In this document: positions 12,006 through 26,647 of the stretch, piece after piece | Position numbering within the stretch: position 1 is the stretch's first letter | Layout of the letters: every line of letters begins with the position of its first letter | Assembly: GCA_051294905.1 (NCBI GenBank) | Contig: CM119371.1 | Coordinates: 37,326,001 to 37,390,000 of the forward strand | Direction: 5' to 3' | Origin: Botryllus schlosseri | Taxonomy: Eukaryota | DNA: 64,000 nucleotides | Made by a program: the position numbers and the translations under genes | The notes under the pieces: generated by a model | What the model saw: only the letters and a program-made list of their open reading frames with translations | The model's database searches: none | What the model was told of the DNA's origin: nothing

Positions 12006-12409
12006 TAGGGCAAGTTTTCATTGCAGTCAAATCCGTGGAAAATTGCGTTTATTTTCCACAAAATTTGCAGAAAAAAGATGCATTTATTTCTCACGGTCTA
12101 GTCTGAATGTACGTCAAATCAGAAAGGACCCCAAATTTCAACGACAGTGAAATAATCAAGCGATCTATTTACATATAGTGCCAATTCTTTTCAGTAAAAA
12201 GTTATTTGCATGGAAAATTGAAAAAAAATTGCAAATATTTGCATGAAAAGTCGAAAAAAATTGCAAAAAGTCGCATGAAAAAATGGGGAAAAGTTGCAAT
12301 ATAAGAATCTTCCAAACAGCTTGATACACCATACTACATAACTTCTGAGTATTTAGGAAGCTGCAGGAAGCTGTAAAAAAAGTTGAAAAAGTTGCAAAAA
12401 CTTGCCCTA
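12006..12409. mobile_element. TAGGG-ended MITE
   Basis: TIRs TAGGGCAAGTTTT / AAAACTTGCCCTA, internal TTGCA(AAA) repeats; TSD degenerate. Confidence 0.6.
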
Positions 12410-13905
12410 GTCATGACTCGAGTCCCTGTGGCGTGCTTTCCCTTCATAAAATAGGTTAGGACACTCTGTCCCTCAGGGTTATCATAAATATTGGGTATTC
12501 GTGGATGTGCCCCATGATAAACGGTACACCAACATAATTATCTCGTCGACAGTAAGTCAAATTATTACCCTGGCAGGGACAACGAATTTACCAGCACAAA
12601 TTGTACATCGTAAGTAATTTCACTGGCATAGTTCGGGAGACAAAAATGTACCCGTACCATTTTGACTTCTGAGCATTATGACGACGTAATACTTTGCAGC
12701 CACGTTAATTCTGTAATATTTTTGACTTTCAAAATTTCATCTCGCCTGCACCCGCATTCCACAGATGCAAAATCAGGCTGCTTCATAACGGATTGAACCT
12801 GGAACTATTTTGATAACTCAGTCGGTCATGCTTGTGAGGACTGGCTTTCAGAGATACCGAAAGACTCCACAATTAGCACTCCACTTTTGGAGTTTACGAA
12901 TTCAGGAAAAAACGAACGGAAAGCCGTTAACACGCGCTTGGAACAAAAGTGTCTATAAATCAGCCATCCATTCGCATCTTATAACCCGAATCTGTCACTT
13001 ACTGCGTTGTAGCATGTCTCGAAAGTGTGACTCGCGCAATAACTGTGTAACTAGTTTTATAAGATAAGTGGCGTAAAAGGGGGAAAAAACCTACTCGTGA
13101 AGTTATCCTTTTTATGTAGGAGCTTCAGCTTGCGAAATGCCGAGAGGTTGATGCCATCGCTGCCTGTAACGCCAGTTACGCCCGAGGGCATCAGATATCG
13201 CCATTAGCACACTGCAAAAATTGGTCAAAACATATCTGCACAAATGCTTTGTTATAGCCATTTATAATTATGCCATTTATTACCATGGAGTGGTGGTAGT
13301 GAACCCATGCCCATTTCCCATGAGTTTCCAAAGTACGCGTTTTCAAGAGGCAGAAGGCTAAAAATGTCAAGGTGACGATATCATGGCCAAAAAACGTGGA
13401 GTCCGCTATATTCAAATAAGTGTTTGATATCTGGTTAACGTCAATATATATTCAATGGGTGTTGATATAAAAGTGGGTCAATGCTTTACTAATCCCATCC
13501 CGCGACAGGGAAAATAATACATCTGAGAAATTAGGATCCAGTCCGCATATACGACTACCAACGGAAGAAGATCTACTCGTTATCATCTAGAACAGCCACT
13601 GCTATCCACTACGGATGGTGCGAAACATGAAAGGCTCTGATGTGTAAGTGCTCTAACCTCTGACGTCACATGACACGAGGATGCTAATGTCAAGCAGTAC
13701 TTTTCCGTGAGGTTATAATTGTGTACCTACGTGTACGACATTTCATATACATTAATTCCGTTGTATAACATTCACACGTGTACAATCGTACATATGTAGC
13801 CCGATCAGATATCCAATTGTGCGTGTATTTCGATATATATTGCATAGTTGAACCCACCAGTCAAAACAGGGATTGAAATTAAGTGCTTGGAAATTTATTT
13901 ATTAG

Positions 13906-14168
13906 CGCTGGAGTTAGCGTAGTGGTGACGATAGCGCCTGCTACTCGAGCGGCCAGGGTTCGATTCCACGTCGAAGGTTTATCTGGGCTCTTACTCCCCG
14001 TGTCACCGCTCTTATGGCGACAAAAAGCCCACAACAGGACCTGATGAAAGAGCGCACTCATAAGGACTCGAAAGAGCAAGAAAGTGCCGCAGAATAAAGA
14101 TTATCATCGAAAGAACTGCGACATCGGGCACTAGGCCGAGGTGGATGTCAAATTAAGAGACAACAACT
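13906..14168 (+). mobile_element. tRNA-derived SINE, family B
   Basis: A-box-like TAGCGTAGTGG, B-box-like GGTTCGATTCC, (CAA)n tail; shares AGGTTTATCTGGGCTC with family A. Confidence 0.6.
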
Positions 14169-15800
14169 GGTCGTTCGGCATCCTCCCATGTGGTCATTGC
14201 ATCGCACTGTGTCTTATCGCATTTTACATTGTGTATGTCTTTATCGGAAGAAAGAATAATTTCACGAATATTGAATATTATTTAATATGTTTTCGACAGC
14301 AGTAGGGTTAACCATACGTCCTCTTTTAAGAGAATTTGATCTCTTTTTTGATTTTTTAAAAGTGTCCTCGGAGGACGCCCAAATGTTTTCTTTTTTAAGA
14401 ATTTGTTCTCTTTTTTGAAAATTTTGGTATATGTATGTTAAAATTCAACTGAGATATAGGAAATCAGTACTCAAGTAACGGCCCGGCGGGTCTTTAGGGG
14501 AGTTGATCCAGAAAGACCACCATATTTTTAGTCAACCAACGGCAAATTGATGCAAGGTGAGTATTTTGAGTGTCGAGTCGGATAGATGACCTTTTTTTAG
14601 TCAACCAATCATAAACTCGGAATATATTTACCAATTTTTCCGGATTTCACTCTGGTATTGTAAGTCTGAATTTTTTAAAAATTGACATGTCCTCTTTTCA
14701 GATTCCCGAATATGATAGCGCTGCAGTAGTATTTGATGCGATTTTACGCTTCTTTCCACGCCCTTATCTATATGATAAATGCTTATAAATAATTGAAATC
14801 CGCATGGAGACATTCGATATTGAACCGTATCCATTTGGATGGAGAGAACGTCGTATCATAGGATGTAGTGTAACTTGTTGTCAGGACCGTGACAGCACTT
14901 CGTCGGGTCCCAAAAAAAGTTGGTCTTGGGCCCCCATAGGGCGATAAACCGAACTGCTAACCCCCTCAGTCTTTACGATTTTTCTCCGCTACTTATCAGC
15001 TACATTGGGTGTGCTGTCTAGTGAGCTAGGTGATATCGCTAAACGCGCGAATCGCGCAAAAATTTCCTCAATTCATGATTGAATCGGTCAATATGAGTGC
15101 ATATATATTGCTGTCTATTTTTTATCCTCTCTCTGTTCACGTAATCAGATTTACCGGTAATAGAGCTGAGTGAGGTGTCTTGGAAAATGTAGGGCCCTTA
15201 AATTAATCATCTTCGGGTGGACCCGTTGGTATAATAACTTCGTTACATGATGCTTTTTCGTGACCTATCTGGTACACTCCAAGTTTTGAAGTGTTGCTCA
15301 ACCTGGAAAATTGAACACGAAACGTGATCCAAAAATTGAACGAACGCCTAGAAGTGTTGCGAAGTGTTTAAATTAAAAGTGTTTATCTTAAACTTTCGTG
15401 ACAGGGGCATGGAATCAAATTCATTGGTTACGTCCGTTAGCGGAAAACATGGTCAACACAAATCATTACAACTTATTTAAAACTGATCAAATTATGGCTC
15501 GTAAATTTCTAATTTTATTATAAACAAAAAACAATGAACGTATCAGTATCACTACCACTACCACGATAAACAACCATAAGTATTTTTTTACTCTTAATGA
15601 AATTGGGGTGCTAGCCAGGCATCAAAAATATTCTAGGGCTTGCATTACAAGTATTTATATCAGGTTAATGCCAATCACTTTTGTTTAAATAACAAAGAAA
15701 TCATTTCTTTGAGTCCATACAAATTTTGCAGATTTACAGAAAAGATTTTGTTGTTATTTACCAGTTTGCTGCAAAATATGAAATCTGGAAGTCATTAGGG

Positions 15801-16085
15801 TAGTGGTTCTTAAACATTTTTGGACACGCCCCCTTATGATAGCAAAAAATTTCACACACCCGTTATCGTCGTATCATAAAATTAAAAAAAAGCAACCAAA
15901 ACGCTAGAAATCCCAATGGATAGTTGGATGGCAGTGACGGTAATGGTTGTTGATAAGAGAATATTCAAATATTAAATTCTGACCATACACAGAGAAATAA
16001 CTACAAGCTGCCATGTGCGAAAAAGATTTTAGTTGACGGCGGCTTCACACCCCTTCAAATGCTTTCTCCTGTTTGAGAACCACTC
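15801..16085. mobile_element. hAT MITE
   Basis: Ends TAGTGGTTCTTAAAC / GTTTGAGAACCACTC; TSD CATTAGGG/CTTTAGGG. Confidence 0.7.
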
Positions 16086-16139
16086 CTTTAGGGTATGACA
16101 ATCCTATGCATAGCAGCTCAAAACGTCAACAATGTTTCT

Positions 16140-19100
16140 GAATACTCCATTTTCACTGAAGCAGTTTTATATTCTTGCCATTAGCTGCAATCCAGGCTCG
16201 GTCAATCTCTGATTCGTGGCGTGCCATGGTGTTTGCTTCTTTTCTGCTGGTCGACTCCAAGTTGCGCTCCTTGAAAATGTGATTAAATTCTAAAGTTTTG
16301 AATATGTCAATGAAAATTCTAAATTTTATGCAGAAATAAATATAAATATTACACACATGCAGGTTACACAAGCACAGGAAAGGCGCTCGGATACATGTGA
16401 AATCCTATCACTGAGAAGGACTAAAATTAGCATAACGACTAATACAAATATCTAGAATCAGGTTTGCGTTTTTTTCAATTCGGTTATTTTGACATTTACA
16501 TTGACATTCAGACGCCCAGGCAACAGTGAGAATGCAGAACTGTAACTCAGAATGTAATTTATAGTTGAACGTCGCAGGTCTATGTAAATTTGTATGGTCC
16601 ACAAAACAGAAAAGATTACGGTACCTGTTTCAAAGATATGCGCTGGGGTCTTGGATTATATTCGTTTGTCTCTCAATTTGGCTTGGAGAAGAAGACAGTT
16701 GACTTCATCAACCTCGTTTTGCTGAAAATGTAATTGATTGCAAACAAGATCCGCCAATAAATATAGTAGAATCGTTATTCCTATGGGTTCGGATTTCCAT
16801 TAAAATAATTGACATACGGTAGGCTTTACATGTAACTTTGATTCTAAGATTTTATAGCGGCTTTGAATTGAGACGAGAAAATATATCAGACAAAGGACAC
16901 ATTGATTGTCATTAGTACAAAAACTTTGTGACATCTTATCGAAGGTGTTGAATACTTTTCCTTCATTGTAGTAATTGTACCTGTTCTCAATCTTTCAAAA
17001 TCCTTCCTTCCTGATTAAATTTAATTAACAAAATTAATTGGAATTAGCACGACATGAGAAATGATCTCAATTTGATGTTCACCTAGTCCAAGTATAGTTC
17101 AATAAGCAATAGTTTCAATACAAGTTACACCAGCTCTTTACATTCAACAACACCTCTGTTCAACGTACACAGATCAAGCCTTTCTTCAGCTCATATCGCA
17201 TATATAGATAGTTTTTGAGAAAATTAGGACTGCAAAAACCAGCACATTACATAATCAATGGTGATATATGAAATGAATAAATAGACTTACATAATCACAT
17301 GTTTCCATGGGTTCTTGAGGCAAAAGTATGCATCGCAAAAGATGACTGCACCGGCGCAAAATCCGTTCAGATGACTCCTCGCATCACTATCAACATTGGC
17401 TGTTAACACAGGCATGGTAGAACCAGGGGGTCTTTTCGAAGAGTCGACATCAGTTGGATGAATTTGAGGATCAATCCAAGACTGTTGAAAAGAAAATACT
17501 TGTTTTAAAAATTTGCAATAGAAGGGAACTATTCAATATTTGTACAGCTTCTTCGAGGTACAAAACTTCAATATAAAATTGAATAGTATATGCATATGCA
17601 TATTGAAATGAGCCCGAATATTTTCTGCTGAGACTCGTCAGGGGTAATCGTCAGTAACTAGTAGAGAACTCAAAAGAACGTTGTACATCAACAATCGTAT
17701 CACAAAATATGACGTCACCAGCATTCAGTATTCACGCAGATCTCAGACTGGATGCAATTGTATGTGACAAAAGGGTGTCTTTCATAGAACAATTTATTAT
17801 TGTAATGGAAAGTCGCATGTGACCATACCATCAATTTTACTCCAGCACGAGTAGCATACTTTCCTGGATTGTTAATCATTTTAGTGAAATTTTACCAGCA
17901 AACATTCATAAAAATAACCGAATGCAGCAGAATCAAATTCATTATCTAAGGATATACCAGTTTACTTACGAAACACTGCGATGCTTACCAGTATTTTAAA
18001 CAACAAATACATTTCAAAAAGGTGCCAATTGCAATACATACTACCTGCACATTAGGGCATTTTTCATATTTTTTCCATCAGCCGCAACCCAGGCTTGCTG
18101 AGTCCCTGATTCGTAGTGTGCCATGGCAGCTCTTTTTTTTTAAAAGTCAAATCCAAATGCTGCTCCTAGAATATACAATAAATACCAAAAAGAAATTGTA
18201 AATTTTATGCAGAAGTAAATATAAATATTTTACACAGGTAGGTTACAGAAGCGCAGGAGAGATGCTCAGCCCCCCAGGTTGAGAACCACTGACCTAGCCC
18301 ATTATAGTTCAGTAAGCAATAGTTAAAGTACATGTTACACGAGTTCATTACGTTCAACTGCATCTCTGTTCAGTGTTCAGTGTACACAGTTGAGTGAACA
18401 CTGTACAGTGTACACAGATGAAGCCGTTTTCAGCTCATATCGAATAGTCCGTAAGCTACTTTGCGAGATAGTTCGCGAGAAAAGTAGGACTGCAAAAACC
18501 AGCAAATTACATAATCAATGGTGATATATAAAATGAATAAATAGACTTACATAATCACATGTATCCATGGGTTCTTGAGACAAAGGTCTATATCGCATAA
18601 GATGACTGTGCCGGCACAAAACCCGTTACGAACGACTCCTCACGTCACTGTCAACATTGTCTGATAGCGCTGGCACGGTAGACCCAGGGGCTCTTTTCAA
18701 AGAGTTGACATCAGTTGGACGAATTTGAGGATCAATCCAAGACTATTGAAAAGAAAATATTTGTTGCAAAAATTCGCAATACAAATGAACTACTCAGTAA
18801 TCACGCAGATATCATACTGGATACAGTTGTTGTTTTCTACAATAAGTTGTGCATGACAGAAGGGTGTCTTTCATAGAATAATTAAATAATGGAATGGAAA
18901 GTTGCATATGACGTTACCACCAATTTTACTCTGGCAAAGGTAGTATACTTCCTGGATTGTTAACAATTTTAGTGAAATTTTATCAGCAAACATTCATAAA
19001 AATCTTTATCACGAAGATAACCGAATGCAACAGAATCAAATTCATTCTCTAAGGATATACCAGTTAATTTACAGAACACCGTGATGCTTACCAGTACTCC

Positions 19101-19152
19101 ATACAGCAAATGCATTTCAAAAAGGAGCCAATTTCAATACATACTACCTGCA
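16140..19152 (-). pseudogene. Tandemly duplicated, decayed multi-exon gene segment of unknown product
   Basis: Homologous pairs ~17081-18050 vs ~18291-19152 and ~16180-16390 vs ~18075-18270. Exon-like units with intact splice sites at 17291-17481 (191 bp, 1-nt deletion) and 18551-18742 (192 bp, in-frame TAA), plus 16625-16721 and 18045-18165. Confidence 0.55.
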
Positions 19153-21779
19153 AAATAGAGTTTAGTTCAGTTACCGTATCATAATAAACTCACAAAAGTC
19201 AAATTTGCGGACTGGGCAAAACAAATACTACCCCTTGTGATCCATTGTTTGTTGAAAAGATTGTTTGTTTGGCTGTGCTATTATTAGGGCGATTTTTTGA
19301 CCGAAAAAGGTAAGATTTCGACTAAAAAATCCAAATTCACACATATTTTGACGATGGAAAACTTAATTTTGACCCCATGTACTTAATTAGGTGTTTCTCA
19401 CATAATGTTAGAATTGTACTACCGGTACTTATCTTTATTTCTGGCAGGAGCTGTCTGTTCTTCCGAAGTAGTTTGACCTGAAAAAATCTTTAGGCATGAA
19501 AACTGACAAATTTTTACATGAAAAAACTTTATTTTATCGAAATCTGGACCCGTGAAGAATTCCTGTATTAGTAAAATCTCGTATTATGGTAGAAATAATT
19601 AAAACCTTGTTGTAGTAAAACGAAAGATACTTTCTCACATTTTCGGGTAGAAAGTGTCTGTCTCAACTAAGTAGCTTGGCAAGAATGAAGAAAGAACGTT
19701 CACCAGCGGCAGCTGTTGGCCGGCAACACTGAAGTTGTGCGTACACTGCACTCTCTCTCTTTCTCTCATTATGACAAAGTTGTCTACATCGCAATTTTTC
19801 ATCATACGGTTTCTAATAGAAGAACCAATGCCCAGGCAGTCTTGTTTCAGTTAGGATGGTGCAGTAGGCTACGATGAGCATTTGTTTCATTTGACCGTTT
19901 ATGATTCACAATGAGCAGACGATGGTCCGTCTACTACGGTAGGACTATAAAGTAGGCTACAAGATGCAAATTGTAAAATGATAAGTTCACCGTCAGTGCA
20001 ATCATCTATGATACGAACGAAATGCAAGTTGCCAAAAAATTTTGATTTTGTAAACACTTTTGGCAATTATTGATCTAACGATACAATTTTGACAAAATTT
20101 TGACCTATTTTGACATGTGAAAAAAATCGCTTTAGTTAAAACCTTACCACTTGGAATAAACAGTACAGTGTAAAATGTGTTGCAGTTGAAAAACAATCAA
20201 AACCGTTGCATGACTGTCATACCGGCATTCAATTGCTGACATTGCAGTACTTGTCCACAATGGACCACAATATCGCCTACATGGGGATATTTCAGTGTGG
20301 ATAGAGAGAACATCCCTTTATCTATATGTCAAAAAAGTTAGTTCGATAGCAGCGCCCCATCAGTACCGTAGTACTGGACCTGATCGCAGCCTGGTATATT
20401 ATCAGATTCGAAGCTCGATCATCCAACAATAAGATCAGACGAATCATATACCACAAAACATCTAAAGAACATTCATATGAATAAGGGATATCAGTAGCCT
20501 ACTGAAACATCTAAAACAAACGACCTTACTGCAATGTCAAAACGAGCTCATTTTATGACTATTCTCACGTTACATATATTCAATAACATTTACCGCATTT
20601 CCATACCTTACAGTACATGGATGTTATGATCCTTTACGCCATCAGGTAGCAGAAACTGCTTCAATATATCCATTCCGCCAAGTCTTTTCGTGTACCCTAC
20701 TCTCTTTACCTGAAGCTTGACGAACCAACAATTCAAATTCAAAACTGAAATCGAGCGCGCTCTACCGTAACGTAGGTGGTGACCCCTCTGCGTCACAGGG
20801 AAATGTGTATATTTTATTGAAATATTACCCTTAAACTTAGTGTTTGGTCAGTTGAGTAATATTATTTTAGATATACCATGATTTTATGTGATCTCCAAAC
20901 GTACCGATAGTTTATGAATGCGAAATTGATGATAAATTACTAAGTATAAATTTTCTTGATAATAAGCCGCAGTGGCAAAGTGTTACATGTAAACGGAGAA
21001 ATACGCAGAAGCGTTGCGACGAGAATGGCCCAATGCGTTTATATGCCCAAAAAGTGTGTCTGTACGCAGAAAAAAGTGTTATGAAGTGTTCAATACGACC
21101 TTGCAGATTTAGAGTGATGTCAAAATATATTGAAATCGCCCGAACTTACTAAACTAAAAGACACACACGATTTTAAATTGATATTTCTTTACTGGCTAAT
21201 AATTTTTCCCTGCGGGATGGCATTAGTCATGTGGGGTTCAGAGCGCCTGGACAGGACCATTCGACGCCAGCCATTTAGGCGCCAATTGGCATTTAAATAT
21301 ACATGTATATAGGCCTATCTATCGAAATTTTCGGTCTGCCCAAGGGCAGTCCTTTTCGGCCAAGGTCTTCTAGCTGCTGATCGTTCTGGCACACTTCTCG
21401 GTGTCGCATGTTACAGCATGGCCTATAACTTCATATGTCTTGGTGCGTCGTGGCACGGTAAAGGCCGACGCCCAAGTGTCCATTTCTATAAATCATGCGT
21501 ATTTTTGTTGTGGAAACGCTACCCAATAATGAAGGTATTTGTCAACATTAAATCGCGGGCAGCACAAAAAAAATTCGAAAAAGTTGCATAAATTTATAAA
21601 GAAATACTTCATAATTTATGCAAATTCGTGAAATAATTTTGGGCCCCATTCGAGTTCACCCCCCCCCCAATTTGGGGATTTGGAGTGCGGCAGTTACGGT
21701 CCTGCTCGTTGTTAACATGTCATCAGATCTGAGGTCATTCGGGATAAGTATCCGGCCGTGTCCTACCGAAAGTTGTGAT

Positions 21780-21810
<31 letters not shown>

Positions 21811-23480
21811 TCTTTATTCTCATCGAATTAAAATACAAAACAAGGAGACGACAACAGTGATGTCATAGAAGACATGCAGCACAGTCTAGGATAGTATGCT
21901 GCCGATATTGACAACTCAAAACGGGTCGCGGGCCACATTTCGAAATTTGTAGAGGCCGCGGGCTGCATGACTTCAATATCGAGATAAAAATAGGCAGCGC
22001 AGTTTAATAGCTACGTTTTGATAACTCCAAGGCAGTACAACGCTGTGCTCGCTAACATCGGCCAACCTTTTTGCTATTCGCGGCCGCATTTCGAATTATT
22101 TGTGTAGTGTACGGCCACATTCCAGTGCATAGTCGTAATGAACTAACTGGAGGCCAATTATTCACGCTAAACTGTCCTTGTCCATTGCCGGCGAATTCCG
22201 GAATAAACTTACTTTTCTTGGCTTAATGGGCGAACCGAAATCGTGAGTAGTCTTGTTATGTGACCCAGTGATCCGTCTTGTAGCCGCGCGAGGCGCGAAA
22301 ATGTTTTCATATCCATTACTGAATTTCGTCAACAATACTAGCATAGTTTCACAAATTACTATCAACTATTTATCCTTTCTCTGCCTATATGATCAGATGC
22401 ACCGGTAGAGTTGCCGCAAGGGCCGGGCGTCTTCGAAAATTTAAGGTAGTATTATTGCTGTGCTACGGTATATCTTTGACTAGACCAATTGATCTTTGTT
22501 TCCTTTTCCTTGGTCCCAATTGTTGTTAGTCCCTTTTCAAAGATTTGGGAGTCAATGCGTAACTTCAAATTGCATGTTGACGGTCGCCAACACAGTCCAA
22601 TCGAATTAAGTGTCGTCGGCCGCGTAATTCTCCTTCTACCGCCGCAGATTGGCTACCCCTTGACTGAAGAATCAATATCGGGTTTAGCTAGACACGGTAG
22701 GCTACTTGCTGGAAAACTATCTCCTCTAAAAAACTTGGTATTCTGGGTAGGCCGAAGTCGTTTTCTAAGCGTCTTGGTCTTTGCAGCGGTGGGCCATAGC
22801 ACGTCCTGGCAATAATATACCCGTTCATATCAGCAAATTCTTCCTCGATAGAATGATATTACCAACGCCCAAGCCTAATCAGCTAGTGAGAAATAGTGAA
22901 ATTAGGCACAGAAGAATAGCTTACTTTGAACAACAACAACATTATGTTTGAACTGAAATCAATTTCAGCATTTCCAAATGCTTTACTAAGCGTTCTTCCG
23001 AACTTTCAAATCAGGTCGCGAGCCGCACAATATGACCTCGCTCGCCGAATGCGGCCCGCTGGCCGCGAGTTGGTGACCTCTGGTATACAGGATGGGAATG
23101 ATCTGTGCGACCCTGCATGTCAATTAGTCCGACCAAACTCACATCACATGATTACATCGTGTCTCCATACAATGTGGCTGTAACGAATGGATGTTCAAAA
23201 AAGAGATAATTACATAAAGTTAAAAGATAATAGGTAATCTTTTAATCAATGTATGAGCAAGGGTTTGGCAACAGTGTTAGTAGGTATCGGTATGACAATA
23301 AGAGAAAATCAGGTAGGTCGTCTTTTACAACAAAAAAAATATTAAACGGCATTTTACGGATATGTCGTCGTATTGCATTCCATATGATAGGTCCCGAGTA
23401 GTCGATGGATCTCTGAAATAAGTTGATATTAAGTGATAAGTTGTAAGTAGATATTTGCGTTAGATGAGGATCTGGTATCG
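21780..23480 (-). mobile_element. Diverged CR1/L2-group LINE 3' fragment, interrupted by a hAT MITE (~21890-23082)
   Basis: RSIDYSGPIIWNAI..HIR.MP motif at ~23350-23415 and the same 3' tail with (TC)n as 53432-54255. Confidence 0.7.
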
Positions 23481-24176
23481 TGTGATTTGTCAATCAAAGT
23501 TTTAAATATCTTATTTGAAGCGTTTGCACCGAAACGTAAGTGACACTTGTGCTAAATTGACTGTTGCAGGCGAAAGGTTGGTATGTACAAAAGTTAACCG
23601 GTACTTATTTATAGTGTCCACAAGGAAGAGAAATCAACACCAACGACTGAGAACAACAGTCATTTTAGCGCAACACAGAATTATGCTTATGACGATAAGC
23701 AATTCATGAATGAAATTCTCTAGCGGTACCGGTGTATTTTCATTCCAAATCATAACATTTTGAACGCTACACGGGAGTAGATTGGCGTAATTCGAGCCCA
23801 AAATGATGGAAACTATTGCTGCAAAGTGGCTAGTGTAAATGTCTTACTTGCAAAATCCCAGCAGTATCAGGTGCGGGTTACTTAGGTTGATGGTAAAAAC
23901 GGATGATAACTGACGAGTTAACGTTTTGTAGAGCGAAGTGGTCAATATCGAGTGTTTCTTCTGTACTACATTGGAAAGATCTATTGAGTTCATCTAGCAC
24001 AGGGTTTTATGATCGCGGACCCACATTTTCCGTGAACCACCTCTCAAGTTGACTTGCGAATTACTTGAAATTGTCAGCAGGTTCGCCCAAACCAACTCAC
24101 AGCCCATGCTGAAGGCTGGGACTATGTGCGCAGTAATAGCAATGTCGCAATTACCAACTCGTCAATCTCCGTCTAT

Positions 24177-24446
24177 GTGGCGAGATAGCGTAGTGGTATA
24201 ATCCGCAGCTGCAACAGCATGGGTTGCGCGTTCGAGTCCGACCGAAGTTGACCCAAGAATTCCTACCTAAGCGTTGGAGGTTTATCGAGGCTCCTTCAAC
24301 CGTGTATAAGCGGCGTCTTATAAAAGCCTAGAAGTGGGTTGCGCTGTAAGTCGGCCGCTACGGAATAAAAATGAAGAGAGTTGATCCGGCGTAAATGATC
24401 GTAGTTGTCAACAAACATTAGGAATATCACAAACAAACAAAAAAAT
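24177..24446 (+). mobile_element. tRNA-derived SINE family A copy
   Basis: Colinear with 11323-11609 over the full length. Confidence 0.8.
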
Positions 24447-24857
24447 TTCCGTCTATCAAAACTAAAGCAACCTATCTGGGCTAAGCATACGAAAAAATAA
24501 CCGAACGAACTGAAGAACAAAATTTGAATACGCCATTGGCATAAAATTGAATAAACGATTGACATATTACCAAAATAACAAAACTAGAAAAAAGGGGGGA
24601 AATATACAAATAAAGACAAAATAGGCTGACGACCAGCCCGCTACATGGGACGAGAGTCAGATGTTTTTAGCTAGAGTTGCGTCTCGCACACTAAAGACTT
24701 GAGTCGCCCTTTGTCAAGCGGGTTTCCTTAGGGAAATAAATTTTAAAAGAGGCGACCCTAAGTGCCATGCCGAATTTTTTTTAGCATGGACAAATTTAAA
24801 TAAACGGTTGTTGTTACCTTTCCTGAACTAAACCTCATGCTTTTTATTGGGCTGCAG

Positions 24858-25257
24858 TAGGGTTACCATACATGTTTTTCTTTAGGAGGATTTGTCCTCC
24901 TTTTTCATGCAATCGGAAATGTCGTCCGAGGACGTCTTACTGTCCTCCTTTTTTAAAATTTGCCCTCCTTTACAGATTTGAAAGCCAGGCTAGTGGATAG
25001 GCTGGGCTAAAAACGTGGACGTTGGAGCGGGTCATTCGGGAGTAGGATTGGAAATAAGACCTTTTTTTTAGTCAACACAACAGCAGTATCGTTAAAAACT
25101 GGGTAATCCGAGAGTCGAGTCTGAAAGATGACCTTTTTTTGGTCACCACAACAAGATTTCCAGTTACAATTTTAGAATCAGCAGTTTTCCATTCTGTAAA
25201 TCTAACTTTTATGATTCGTAAAGAGTGTCCTTCTTTCCGGATTCCAAAATAACCCTA
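24858..25257. mobile_element. TAGGGTTACCAT-ended MITE family; relatives at ~11160, ~14304, ~30893-31079 and 58395-58778
   Basis: Shared 5' motif TAGGGTTACCATA..GAGGATTTGTCCTC and 3' motif CCGGATTCCAAAATA..TAACCCTA. Confidence 0.7.
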
Positions 25258-25439
25258 CTTGATAGACGAAGCAATACTAATTTGCCTGTATTCGACATGC
25301 GTTGCGATAGATATAGTATTGTGGTGTAAGGTCAATCTACCTGAACATACATACTGTACGCAGCAACATCACTATATTTTTACGCATACCGGTACAGTTT
25401 ATTTTCATGTTCTTGAGCTTGATAAATGTGCCATTCAAG

Positions 25440-25657
25440 AGAGAAATGGAAGTAAAGAGATCGCTCATTGTTTTCTCCCCAAAATTCACCAAGGTTAATC
25501 ACGGACCCCCTAATACTTTGTCATGGAACCCCAATGGAAACCACTGGCCTAGCGGATTCCAGTTTTCGAGTCTTTGGTCTAACCCGGCCGGGATTGAACC
25601 CACAACTAACCGACCAAGAACCCGGACGTATCATCATTACGCTATATCGCTCGGTGT
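25440..25657 (-). mobile_element. tRNA-derived SINE family C; related plus-strand copy at ~37800-37950
   Basis: Minus strand shows TAGCGTAATG..GGTTCAATCCCGGCCGGGTTAGACCAAAGA; the same junction appears on + at ~37852-37880. 3' boundary approximate. Confidence 0.6.
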
Positions 25658-26647
25658 ACAGTGACATGTTGTTGAGGTCTGGTCAGCTCCAGCCTGCACG
25701 CGATACTAAAAAGCATTCAAAATGTTTGCAGGTGAAGATTTATGTTTCGTCTGAAGTCGGGTCGACTCGAATATAATCAGAAACGAATGCAATCAAATCT
25801 TTGTAGCGTGCGGGAATGGTGTCGTATCGCTATAATCTCATCAATTAATTTCTTTGCCAAGTGCTCGAAATGAATCAAGCTCGTCCGCCGATCAGATTTC
25901 CTCTAGCTTCCAATGTAGTCACTTTCATTCATTTATCTCCCCAGAAAAAAACGCAAGTCGATTTTCTAGGAAGGTATGTGCTCCGTCACATTATATTAAA
26001 TATCGGTAAAATCCTTGATTTCTGTGACTGCAGCCGCTGCCTGGCAGTTGTCATGCTCCTGCATTTGCGGTGGCATCTTCTGATCTACATTTTTATTGAA
26101 CTTATCAGTCGAAATTTCCATTCAGGTAAATGAAGCCTGATATATCACCAACCTTGTTCGAGGTCACAGACGCGCTTCATGAGATGATCATCTCTCGTCG
26201 GGAAAAGGCTATTTGCAATACTCAAGTCACGTGGTAGGTTGAAGATTGTAGCTATCGACAGAGGCTGGGAAAATCGATTACGTGAGTGATTCGAGTCCAG
26301 TCCAGTGTCCGCGAGCATCATAATTATTACTTCACAACAGTATAGGCAAAGTGGAACATTCAGATATGTATCTTTTATGCGACCACATAGAATATAATGT
26401 CAGTTCTGCATTACATTCAACTAAATTTCAATTTATTGTCAAGAATTTCATCATTTTAATGCAACACAAGGCTGCAATACAATGGATGAAAGATAGGAAG
26501 GTGTCGAAACTACTTGGATTAGCCTTCGAAATCGGACACCCACCTGACCTGGGCGATGCATAATAGGAGACATACACCATGAATGAAAAGAAAAGCAGAT
26601 AAGATAAAAGGACAGGCGACAAAACGAAGAGGCATGTGTCGGAAGAC

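Noticed and set aside
14035..14080. CTGATGA...GAAA as a hammerhead in SINE B
   Set aside because: Stem II is offset from the core and stem I cannot be formed convincingly.
17632..17655. GACTCGTCAGGGGTAATCGTCA shared with ~43973; its reverse strand contains CTGACGAG
   Set aside because: No matching stem II partner and GAAA; treated as a short dispersed repeat fragment.
25860..26325. Coding-looking stretch on the minus strand
   Set aside because: Stops interrupt the frames read and no family could be recognised.
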